From NCBI GenBank assembly GCA_965243045.1, contig CBDETR010000004.1, positions 286,301 to 350,300 on the forward strand: a DNA stretch of 64,000 nucleotides. The letters run 5' to 3'. Both the position numbers and the translations under genes were made by a program. This stretch comes from Alphaproteobacteria bacterium (GTDB taxonomy: Bacteria; Pseudomonadota; Alphaproteobacteria; JABAAW01; JAHZMA01). The notes under the pieces are model-generated. The model had not been told where the DNA came from and did not search any database. It worked only from the letters and a program-made list of their open reading frames with translations. Positions 10,225-19,085 of this stretch are shown here, one piece after another. Within the stretch, counting starts at the first letter, position 1, and the number at the start of each line of letters is the position of its first letter.

Positions 10225-10817
10225 AACTGATTGCCCATAGAAAAAATACACTCAAAGATTTGCAAGAAACGCCAAAAGAATATGGCGTTGAAGTAGATAT
10301 TAGAAGCTATGGCGAACAGCTCATCATTCATCATGACCCTTTTGTAATTGGAGAAGATTTTATCGCATGGCTAGATTGCTACCAACATGGCACATTAATT
10401 TTAAATGTAAAAGAAGAAGGATTAGAATCACGGCTGATTGCTTTGATGCAAGAAAAGCAGATTAAAGATTATTTCTTTTTAGACCAATCTTTCCCCTTTT
10501 TGATAAAATGGTCAAATATGGGAGAAACAAAAATTGCCGTTCGCGTCTCAGAGTTCGAATCACTTGAAACAGCCTTAACCTTAGCGGGCAAAGCTGAATG
10601 GGTTTGGGTAGATTATTTCACGCATTTCCCCCTCAAAGCACCCTCTTATCAGCGATTAAAAAATGCTGGATTTAAACTTTGCTTGGTTTCACCTGAGTTA
10701 CAAGCCTATGATGCAGAAACACACATCACGCATTTGGTGCAATTACTTAAGTCTGAATCTATCAACCCCGATGCCATCTGCACAAAACAACCCATTTTAT
10801 GGCAAAAAAAATGGTGA
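10221..10817 (+). CDS. GDPD/PI-PLC-like phosphodiesterase superfamily protein
   Basis: 'MKLIAHRKNTLKDL...GVEVDIRSYGEQLIIHHDP' resembles the IAHRG..ENT...E.D....DG..V..HD signature of glycerophosphodiester phosphodiesterases. The Met at 10221 is chosen because it gives an ATGA overlap. Confidence 0.5.
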   Translation: MKLIAHRKNTLKDLQETPKEYGVEVDIRSYGEQLIIHHDPFVIGEDFIAWLDCYQHGTLILNVKEEGLESRLIALMQEKQIKDYFFLDQSFPFLIKWSNMGETKIAVRVSEFESLETALTLAGKAEWVWVDYFTHFPLKAPSYQRLKNAGFKLCLVSPELQAYDAETHITHLVQLLKSESINPDAICTKQPILWQKKW

Positions 10818-10853
10818 CAAGAAAATGACAACAAAGCTAAGTAAATTACTCTC

Positions 10854-12953
10854 ATGAATCATTTATCTCTTAAAAACTTATATTCGCACCCTCTATTCCT
10901 ATCAGGGCTTATCCTTAAAATTGGGCTGGTGATATTTTTATTTCCACTATTAGCCAACCAAAGCGATGATGTTATCAGCCAATTCATTCTGCAAAATATC
11001 ATTCAAGAATGGTCGGTTACAAACTGGTATGTGCCTTTTTTGGAAGTAAGCAGCGCATGGCACTATGATGGATTTTTTCTAAACCCTTGGCAGAAATGGC
11101 TGAATCAAGGTGGCACCTTACGCGCTTTCCCTTATGGCTACGTTATGTGGCTCTGTTTTTTGCCTGCCAGTCTGATTTGTCAAATTTTTAATATTAATCT
11201 GCTCTTTGGTTATGGCATTACCATCATCATTGCAGATATTCTTTTGCTATTCTTATTCTTAAAAATATTACCTGAAAAAAATCGCTTGCTACTCATCATC
11301 TATTGGCTATCGCCGATTATGATTATTGCCAGCTATATTTTAGGTTTTAATGATGTTATTCCCGTGATGCTGTTAACTGCAAGTATTTATTTTCTGAAAA
11401 AGAATAAATATTTTATCTCTGGTTTTTTTATCATTACTGCACTTTCTGCCAAATTAAGCATGGTCATTGCCTTGCCTTTTTTATTGATTTATTTATGGCG
11501 CAATCAATTATTACGCACCGAGTTACATTCTTTTATTTATGGTGCTATTCTGGCAAGCGTCATTTTCTTACTGCCCTTTCTTACCTTAAATGCTGGTATG
11601 AATATGCTCTTGAATAATCCGGAAATGCAGGCGATTTACCAACTTAATTGGGATATTGGCAATGGTAAAATAATCTATTGGGTGCCAATCAGCTATCTGA
11701 TTCTGCTTTATATTTTCTGGCGCATCAGGCGATGCAATTTTGATATTTTTTACACAAATGTGAATATTAGTTTCTTCATTATTGTTCTTATGAGCCCCGC
11801 ATCTTTGGGTTGGTTTGTTTGGATTGTACCTTTTCTAATTTTTTCACAACCTCATATAAAATCCATCAATACCGTTTTTGCATCTTTATTTGCCATATTT
11901 TATACCTTAAATAGCTTTAATTTTTTACAAATTTTACCCAATGATATTTTTTTACTTCAGAATATTTCATCTCTATTTCATAGTTTAATGATTACAATCG
12001 GCATTATTCTTGTCACCCGTATTTGGCGTGAGAATATCTTGCAAAATGATTTTTATAAATTTAGTCGCCAGCCTTTTACAATTGGCGTGGCAGGCGATTC
12101 AGGTGCAGGCAAAGACAATTTTTGTTTAACCTTAATTAATTTATTTGGCAAAAATACAACAACGCATCTTTCTGGTGATGATTATCACCTATGGGATAGG
12201 CATAAACCCCTTTGGCAAGTTTTGACGCATCTGAATCCAATGGCAAATGATTTAGAACGTTTTGCTGATGATGTGATTAATTTAAGCAATCAGAAATCTA
12301 TTAAAGCTCGCCATTACGACCATCATATCGGCAAAATGAGCCATTTCTTTACCGTAAAAAGTAATGATTTCATTTTAGCAAGTGGTCTGCATGCGCTTTA
12401 TTTACCTATTTTACAACAACGCTTTCATTTACGTATTTTTCTGGATATGGAAGAGGACTTGCGCCGTTTCTTTAAGTTAAAGCGTGATGTTACCATTCGG
12501 GGTCATAAAAAAGAGACTGTGCTTGCATCGATTGAAAAACGGATGCCTGATGCCATACGATTTATTAAACCCCAAGCCCATCATGCCGATTTAATTTTTT
12601 CACTAGGGGTGGTTGAACCAGAATCATTAAATGATGAAACAACAGAAAATATTCGATTAAAATTACATGTTACCTCGCGCAAAGGCATTGATATGCTCGC
12701 CTTAAACCGTGTCTTGGTTGGGATTTGTGGCTTAGAAGTGATACATAGTGAAAGCGATGAAACATCAGAAACTATTTTCATCATTACCGGTGATGTTAAT
12801 GCGGGCGATATTGCATTGGCGGCCAATATTATTTGCCCGCGTATTTTTGAATTTATCAACCCACAACCCCTTTGGCATGATAATATGACTGGGCTGATGC
12901 AGTTAATAACTTTATTACATATTAATCGTGCCTTCACGGAACAATTTAGTTAA
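10854..12953 (+). CDS. Fusion protein: polytopic GT-C-like membrane domain plus C-terminal phosphoribulokinase/uridine-kinase-family kinase
   Basis: Residues 1 to about 400 contain many hydrophobic helices ('FPYGYVMW', 'LSPIMIIASYILGFNDVIPVML..ALSAKLSMVIALPFLL'). From about nt 12066 there is a P-loop 'IGVAGDSGAGKDNF', then 'GDDYHLWDR' and 'LRIFLDMEEDLRRFFKLKRDVTIRGHKKETVLASIEKRMPDAIRFIKPQAHHADLIF', a PRK/UK-family pattern. Confidence 0.7.
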   Translation: MNHLSLKNLYSHPLFLSGLILKIGLVIFLFPLLANQSDDVISQFILQNIIQEWSVTNWYVPFLEVSSAWHYDGFFLNPWQKWLNQGGTLRAFPYGYVMWLCFLPASLICQIFNINLLFGYGITIIIADILLLFLFLKILPEKNRLLLIIYWLSPIMIIASYILGFNDVIPVMLLTASIYFLKKNKYFISGFFIITALSAKLSMVIALPFLLIYLWRNQLLRTELHSFIYGAILASVIFLLPFLTLNAGMNMLLNNPEMQAIYQLNWDIGNGKIIYWVPISYLILLYIFWRIRRCNFDIFYTNVNISFFIIVLMSPASLGWFVWIVPFLIFSQPHIKSINTVFASLFAIFYTLNSFNFLQILPNDIFLLQNISSLFHSLMITIGIILVTRIWRENILQNDFYKFSRQPFTIGVAGDSGAGKDNFCLTLINLFGKNTTTHLSGDDYHLWDRHKPLWQVLTHLNPMANDLERFADDVINLSNQKSIKARHYDHHIGKMSHFFTVKSNDFILASGLHALYLPILQQRFHLRIFLDMEEDLRRFFKLKRDVTIRGHKKETVLASIEKRMPDAIRFIKPQAHHADLIFSLGVVEPESLNDETTENIRLKLHVTSRKGIDMLALNRVLVGICGLEVIHSESDETSETIFIITGDVNAGDIALAANIICPRIFEFINPQPLWHDNMTGLMQLITLLHINRAFTEQFS

Positions 12954-12965
12954 GGAAACAAAGTC

Positions 12966-13721
12966 ATGAAAATTTATCAGAAAAATCAATTCACCCAACT
13001 TCCCGATGCGATTTTATTTGATATGGATAACACGCTTTATCCTTATAAACCTGCTCATGATTTAGCGATGATAGCCATGCGCGAAAAAATGATGCGCGAA
13101 TGCAATATAAATAGTAAAAATTTTGATAAATTATTTGATGAAGCACGCCAGCAAATCAAGCAACAATTAGGCGAACAAGCCGCATCGCACAGCCGCTTAC
13201 TTTACGCCCAACGTATGATAGAAAATATGGGGTTGCGCTCACAAATTTTACTCACCCTTGCGATAGAACAAACCTATTGGCATCAATTTTTACATCACGC
13301 AAAATTATTCTCTGACCTTAAAGAATTACTAGATGATTTGCGCCTGCTTGCAATTCCTATCGCGATTGTAACTGATTTAACAAGTCAAATTCAATTTCGT
13401 AAGATTATCTATTTTGGCTTAGAGCATTATTTTGATTATGTCACCACCAGTGAAGAGGTTGGCTATGATAAGCCTAACCCTGCGATTTTTAAGCTGACAT
13501 TGCAAAAATTAAATATCGACCCTACAAAACAAAAAATTTGGATGATTGGTGATAATCCCGTGAATGATATTCAAGGTGCCCGTGATGCCATTAATGCAAT
13601 TACCATTCAAAAAATTAATGATGACACACCCATAGGCACAGGCAAGCAAGCACCTGATGCCAGCTTCAATGATTATCAACATTTGCGAAAATTCATTACG
13701 AAACTCAGCAAAGGGCAATAA
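12966..13721 (+). CDS. HAD-superfamily hydrolase (phosphatase-like)
   Basis: Motif I 'ILFDMDNTLY' and motif IV 'IGDNPVNDIQGA'. Confidence 0.8.
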   Translation: MKIYQKNQFTQLPDAILFDMDNTLYPYKPAHDLAMIAMREKMMRECNINSKNFDKLFDEARQQIKQQLGEQAASHSRLLYAQRMIENMGLRSQILLTLAIEQTYWHQFLHHAKLFSDLKELLDDLRLLAIPIAIVTDLTSQIQFRKIIYFGLEHYFDYVTTSEEVGYDKPNPAIFKLTLQKLNIDPTKQKIWMIGDNPVNDIQGARDAINAITIQKINDDTPIGTGKQAPDASFNDYQHLRKFITKLSKGQ

Positions 13722-13723
13722 AA

Positions 13724-14764
13724 ATGATTGAAACTACCCCTGATATGCTTCAAACATTATCTGATTATTGCGCGCATATTGGTAAGGATAAATTATGGGT
13801 ACAAGGGGCAGGCGGTAATATTTCATGGAAAGATAAAACAACTCTATGGGTGAAAGCATCAGGCACATGGCTTGCGCATGCCAATCAAAAAAATATTTTT
13901 GTTGCTGTTGATTATCAGCACCTTCATAAAGCACTCACAGAAGAAAATTTTGACATCAAGCCTCAAAATATCAAGCCTCAAAATATTAAACATCAGGCAT
14001 TGACAACCGAAACACTGAAACCATCGATTGAAACATTGCTACATGGTTTAATGAAACATTCTATTGTGCTTCATTTGCATGCGGTGGAATCGCTTGCTTA
14101 TCTTATTCGTCCTACAAAAATATGGCAAAATTTTCTAAAAACACATGGCGATTCTAGCACAGAATGGATTGCTGTACCCTATGCAAAGCCCGGTGAAAAA
14201 TTAGCGAAAGCGATTGCCAATCAACTGAAACATAACAAAAATGCAAATGTGATTTTTATGCAAAATCATGGCATTGTTATTGGCGGTGAAACCATTGATG
14301 ACATAGATAATATGTTGAAAAAAATTCATCAAATTTTACAAACAAAACCCTACACACCCAAAACACCTCAAACAATACCAGCCGGCTTTCACCCAGATTA
14401 TGCTCCTATAACGCCTATCGAATTACAGGCCTTTGCCTATGATGAAACTTTATTTCATCATTTAAACCATCATTGGGCAATTTGCCCCGACCATGTTGTT
14501 TTTTTAGGGGCAGAGCCAAAGATTTATCAAGAAAATAGCTTGCCTGAATCAACAGAAGATGACTTGATTTTTATCAAAAATAAAGGGGTTTTTGTCACAA
14601 AGAATTTTAGCACAAGCAAAAAGATGCAATTACAATGTTATTATGATTTGCTTGTTCGGCAAAAAAATCATGAGACATTACAAATATTAAGTCAGGATGA
14701 TATTGCAGAATTGCTCAATTGGGATGCAGAGCATTACCGTATGCAACTGGCAGAAAATCGTTAA
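13724..14764 (+). CDS. Class II aldolase/adducin-domain protein
   Basis: 'LWVQGAGGNISWKD..LWVKASGTWL' and 'VLHLHA' resemble the N-terminal domain of bifunctional aldolase/SDR proteins. The CDS contains an in-frame 15-bp repeat. Confidence 0.55.
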   Translation: MIETTPDMLQTLSDYCAHIGKDKLWVQGAGGNISWKDKTTLWVKASGTWLAHANQKNIFVAVDYQHLHKALTEENFDIKPQNIKPQNIKHQALTTETLKPSIETLLHGLMKHSIVLHLHAVESLAYLIRPTKIWQNFLKTHGDSSTEWIAVPYAKPGEKLAKAIANQLKHNKNANVIFMQNHGIVIGGETIDDIDNMLKKIHQILQTKPYTPKTPQTIPAGFHPDYAPITPIELQAFAYDETLFHHLNHHWAICPDHVVFLGAEPKIYQENSLPESTEDDLIFIKNKGVFVTKNFSTSKKMQLQCYYDLLVRQKNHETLQILSQDDIAELLNWDAEHYRMQLAENR

Positions 14765-15921
14765 TTTTTATTAAAAAATGCAGGGGTGAAAATGATTAAA
14801 AACACTGCAAAACTAAGCATCCAACCACCCGCAGACATATAAAACGCTAATGTTGCACCATTTAATAAACCATAACATAACTGACTAAGCGCAGACACAA
14901 TCATCAAACCATAGACTATCTTAAAACTTATCGGCAAAAAGAAATCTGATTGAACCACATTTAATCCTGCCCTTATCATCATGGCAACTGCAAATAACCC
15001 AAACGCCAATGCCCAGATATGTATGCCAGCAACGCTTAGCAATAAATCAAGCGTCATATTTGAAAATCCTAGCACAATAAAACCAATCACAATGCCGTAA
15101 TAAGAAAGATGCAAGGCACATAAAACCCCATGACACAAAACCTTCTTAAAATGACCGCCCCAACGCCATAACCGAAGCAAATGTAAAAATGCCATCGCAA
15201 ATAATGCATAATGCAACATCGCCATCAGCGGATTATAAACCCAAACCAGCAACCCTAACCATGTGATGAAAATCACAAAGCCATCAAACCAATTACTTTC
15301 CATAACAGGCAGTTCAATATTTTCTTTCACAGATAATTCTTTGCTAATGCCAATAATCACGCGCCCTAAAATTAGCATCATCATATAAAGCATAATAACC
15401 AAAGAAAATCTAATCGCATATTCAGCATAACCTTCGTGATAAACTTCCCAGTGAAAAAATAAATTACCTGCTAAAAATAAACCCACTAACAGCAATTTTT
15501 TTTGATTGCGATTGGTAAAATTCTTTAATGTAGAAATAAGGATAATCAAAAAAAGTAATGCCAAATATGCATTCTCTATCACCGCAATCCCAATAATATT
15601 AATGTCACTCAATAAAACAATTCTTCCCATAAGCCATAGAATAAATAACCAGAATATTGACGCACCCTTAATGGCAACACTGCCGTTCCAGTTAGGAATT
15701 TGCATCGTCATGATAGCGGTTAAAACAGCAACACCAAAACCATAAATAAGCTCATGCACATGCCAATCAGTGGCAAAGAAGTAAGGTGATATTTGTAAAA
15801 ACCCATTCCCTTTTGTAGCAAATACCCACAAAATAATGGCAATAATTGCCCATAATGCGGATGCTAAAAAGAACAAACGAAATGCTTGACTCAAAATGAT
15901 AGATGGCGTTTTTTCAGACAA
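14761..15921 (-). CDS. nnrS: NnrS family membrane protein
   Basis: 'FRLFFLASALWAII' at the N-terminus, the 'DWHVHELIYGF' His motif and about 12 hydrophobic helices. Confidence 0.75.
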   Translation of the reverse strand: MSEKTPSIILSQAFRLFFLASALWAIIAIILWVFATKGNGFLQISPYFFATDWHVHELIYGFGVAVLTAIMTMQIPNWNGSVAIKGASIFWLFILWLMGRIVLLSDINIIGIAVIENAYLALLFLIILISTLKNFTNRNQKKLLLVGLFLAGNLFFHWEVYHEGYAEYAIRFSLVIMLYMMMLILGRVIIGISKELSVKENIELPVMESNWFDGFVIFITWLGLLVWVYNPLMAMLHYALFAMAFLHLLRLWRWGGHFKKVLCHGVLCALHLSYYGIVIGFIVLGFSNMTLDLLLSVAGIHIWALAFGLFAVAMMIRAGLNVVQSDFFLPISFKIVYGLMIVSALSQLCYGLLNGATLAFYMSAGGWMLSFAVFLIIFTPAFFNKN

Positions 15922-16005
15922 AATTCATCATCTCTTTCTATATTAAAATATTTTTAAAATAACTATAATCACTTTATTAATAAAATAAAAGTTATAAAAA
16001 CATTA

Positions 16006-16818
16006 TTAACCTGATAAATATTTTCGCAATTTTGATAAATAATACCGCCCAATCGGACGTTCTGAATTATCTATCAATAATAAGTGATATTGGTTATTCT
16101 CGCGAACAATCTTTTTCATCGCCTTAAAACTCACCCAATGCGAACGATGAACCTGCATTCCTGCATCATTACCTAATAAAGCAACCGCATCTTTCATACG
16201 CATTAATAATAATTCTGAACCCTTATCAGTCTGCACCTCTAGATAATGGTCTGCCGATTTAAGAGAATATAATTGCCCATGCTTTTCTATTGGCAATCTT
16301 TTAAGCAACTTAGTTTCCGTTAATATTGTTTTTTTATCTGCTATGATGGTTTCATTGCCATCTTTTTTTACACTGCCAGAATGATAATAAAACAGCCAAT
16401 TCAATAATGATAAACACAAAGAAACAGAGAGGAATTTGACAAATAAATCATCAAATGAAACGATATTTTCTCCATAAAAAAATGAAATTATCAGAGTCAG
16501 CCAAAAAATATAAGGAAAGGCAAGCACGCAATTAACGCCAATCAATAAAATAAGCGTTATATATTTCGGCAAAATAGCACGCAACACAATGAACCGATGT
16601 GTTGTCGCAATCAAAAACCATGCTGGTGCAATCATAAGCAACCAATAGGCAAACCGTTTGCTGATAGGGGTAATCATATCACTTCCAAGCGCAGCTGTAA
16701 CCGTAAATAAAATGACAACAATCAATATCTGTAAAATATCGGTTTTAATAAAATTTAACAATTTAACCAAGATTACATGTCGTTCACGCATCGTTAATAA
16801 CCTTATTATCCTATTCAC
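16006..16818 (-). CDS. Membrane-anchored LytTR-domain DNA-binding protein (no receiver domain)
   Basis: Four to five N-terminal TM helices precede a C-terminal LytTR domain ('LKSADHYLEVQTDKGSELLLMRMKDAV...VHRSHWVSFKAM'). The start is either GTG 16818 or ATG 16791. Confidence 0.75.
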   Translation of the reverse strand: MNRIIRLLTMRERHVILVKLLNFIKTDILQILIVVILFTVTAALGSDMITPISKRFAYWLLMIAPAWFLIATTHRFIVLRAILPKYITLILLIGVNCVLAFPYIFWLTLIISFFYGENIVSFDDLFVKFLSVSLCLSLLNWLFYYHSGSVKKDGNETIIADKKTILTETKLLKRLPIEKHGQLYSLKSADHYLEVQTDKGSELLLMRMKDAVALLGNDAGMQVHRSHWVSFKAMKKIVRENNQYHLLLIDNSERPIGRYYLSKLRKYLSG

Positions 16819-16841
16819 GAAAAATGAAACCTATTCACGAA
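16810..16841. promoter_or_regulatory. Paired 12-bp direct repeats (CCTATTCACGAA) spaced 20 bp start to start; candidate LytTR operator
   Basis: Exact copies lie at 16810-16821 and 16830-16841, between the LytTR gene and the divergent DUF2141/oxygenase operon. Confidence 0.35.
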
Positions 16842-17008
16842 GTTTCATTATTAAACATTAAAAGCTTATCATAAGATGATTTTCATGACAAATAGCACTT
16901 ACATGAAAAGAGAACTTATGGTCAAGCATATTGAAGAAAGACTTAAAATATTATTTTTTGTTCTTACCTTCACTTATTCTTTTTTTTAAATACCCGCAGG
17001 AGAAAAAA

Positions 17009-17449
17009 ATGTCCTTAAAAATAATACCCTCTTTTACCCTACTCACTTTTATTTTATTATTAAGTAGCCATCATGCCTTTGCACAAAAAATTGGATTGGT
17101 CCGTGTTCAATTTACCAGCAATCAAACAGGCGGTTCTGTTTACATTAAAGTTATTGCGAAAGGTGCAGATTTTCCAGACACACCTGCTGATAAAGCTGCC
17201 TTTAATTCTATTTATAACGATATAGCAGACAAAAAAATATTTTCACTTCCCATCGGCGAATATGCAATAAGTGCTTTTTATGATACCAATCATAATGGTG
17301 AATTAGATAAAAATCTATTAGGTATCCCAACAGAACCGTATGGTTTTTCTAATAATGCGCGTGGTTCATTTGGACCTGCAAAATTTGAAGATGCCGCTTT
17401 TACCATTCATGCCGATGAAACCACAGACCTTATTATCAATTTAGAATAG
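17009..17449 (+). CDS. DUF2141-like exported protein
   Basis: An AGGAG RBS precedes the ATG at 17009. A signal peptide and 'YDTNHNGELDKNLLGIPTEPYGFSNNARG' are present. Confidence 0.7.
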   Translation: MSLKIIPSFTLLTFILLLSSHHAFAQKIGLVRVQFTSNQTGGSVYIKVIAKGADFPDTPADKAAFNSIYNDIADKKIFSLPIGEYAISAFYDTNHNGELDKNLLGIPTEPYGFSNNARGSFGPAKFEDAAFTIHADETTDLIINLE

Positions 17450-17461
17450 GAAACCATCATC

Positions 17462-19015
17462 ATGAATATTTCAAAACGCTATTTTTTAAAACTATTATCA
17501 GCAAGCACAATGATGCCCTTATTGATGGGTCAAAACATATATGCCGATAATGAAGACGATACCTATCAGCAATTTAAGAAAAATCATAAGAAAGATAAGC
17601 GTTTATCAGGTTTTTTAGGGGTTCAGAAAAATTTTCCTAACATCAAGTTAGAGGTAACAGGAAAAATTCCATCAGAACTTTATGGCACATTTTATCGCAA
17701 TGGACCTGCAAAAAATGAATTTAACCATAGCCGTTATCATCATTGGTTCGATGGTGATGGTATGATACAGGGTTTTCAATTATCACAACATGGCATCAGC
17801 CATCAGGGGAAATTTATCACTACTGAGAAATATAAACAAGAATTAGCCCATGGCGATTTTTTTATTAATGGTTCTGGCACAAATTGGAATGGTAGCCCTG
17901 CTATAAAAAATCCTGATATGATGAACACTGCTAATATCAGTTTTGTTTGGCATGGCAACGAATTGCTTGCTTTATGGGAAGGAGGCTCGGCGCATCGCAT
18001 TAACCCTGATAATCTTGACACGTTAGGTTTGAAAGTGTGGCGCGATGATTTGAAAAATTTGCCTTTTTCTGCACATCCACGTCAAGATGAAAATGGCGAT
18101 TTATGGAATTTTGGTAGCGCGCCTTGGATTGGTAAATTACTGATTTACCGCGTCAATAAAAATGGTGAATTGGCACAATTTGGTATTGCTGATATTAATG
18201 CAGATGCGATGATTCATGATTTCGCCATTACCAAAGATTACCTCATTTTTATCATGCCCCCTTTCCGTTGGCAAAAAAATGCTGAAATTCATAATTTTGT
18301 GGATGGTTTTAAGTGGCATCCTAACCAAGCAAGCCGTCTCATTATTTTAGATAAAAATGATTTCTCGCTTGTTTGGCAGGGTGAAACCGAAACTGGTTTT
18401 CATTTTCATATTGGCAATGCTTATCAACATAAAAATGATATTATCCTCGATTTCTTTCAATCTTCTGACGCAAAAATTGTGCAAGAATGGATGCGCGGTA
18501 TTATGAAAGGTGAGTTTTATGATTTGGGTAATAGCGTCGCAAACCATCAATTATTACAGATTAACCTTCATAGCAAACAAGTGAAAATGACAAAATTTAG
18601 CACGGCATCGGCTGAGTTTCCTACAATTTCTTCACATAAGATTGGGCGAAAAAACCGTTATTGCTGGCTGTTAGAAAGTGATAAAGATAATGATTTATTC
18701 AATAGAGTGACAAAACGTGATATGATGAATGGTCATACTGATTTTTATGATTATGGCAAAGATGTGTTTGCCGAAGAACATATTTTTATTTCCAAAAAAG
18801 ATGACGTCAAAAAAGAAGAAGCCAAAAAAGAAGAAGCCAAAAAAGAAGAAGGTTGGCTGATAGGCACCGCATTTGATAGCAAAAAACAACAAAGTTTACT
18901 CTCAATTTTTGATGCGCAAAACCTTCATAATGGACCCATCGCACAAGCTACTCTGCCCTATATTTTACCATTGGGTTTTCACGGAACTTTTATTCCACAA
19001 AATCAATTAACGTAG
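17462..19015 (+). CDS. Carotenoid/apocarotenoid cleavage oxygenase (RPE65 family), with an N-terminal export signal
   Basis: Four iron-ligand His contexts are present: 'YHHWFDGDGM', 'MIHDFAITKDY', 'GFHFHIGNAY' and 'LGFHGTF'. The N-terminus 'MNISKRYFLKLLSASTMMPLL' is signal-like. Confidence 0.85.
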   Translation: MNISKRYFLKLLSASTMMPLLMGQNIYADNEDDTYQQFKKNHKKDKRLSGFLGVQKNFPNIKLEVTGKIPSELYGTFYRNGPAKNEFNHSRYHHWFDGDGMIQGFQLSQHGISHQGKFITTEKYKQELAHGDFFINGSGTNWNGSPAIKNPDMMNTANISFVWHGNELLALWEGGSAHRINPDNLDTLGLKVWRDDLKNLPFSAHPRQDENGDLWNFGSAPWIGKLLIYRVNKNGELAQFGIADINADAMIHDFAITKDYLIFIMPPFRWQKNAEIHNFVDGFKWHPNQASRLIILDKNDFSLVWQGETETGFHFHIGNAYQHKNDIILDFFQSSDAKIVQEWMRGIMKGEFYDLGNSVANHQLLQINLHSKQVKMTKFSTASAEFPTISSHKIGRKNRYCWLLESDKDNDLFNRVTKRDMMNGHTDFYDYGKDVFAEEHIFISKKDDVKKEEAKKEEAKKEEGWLIGTAFDSKKQQSLLSIFDAQNLHNGPIAQATLPYILPLGFHGTFIPQNQLT

Positions 19016-19085
19016 CTTTGAAAGCAGAGGAAGTAATAAAAAATAAGGCAATATTCTCAATCATTCAGTTGCCATATTGCAATTT

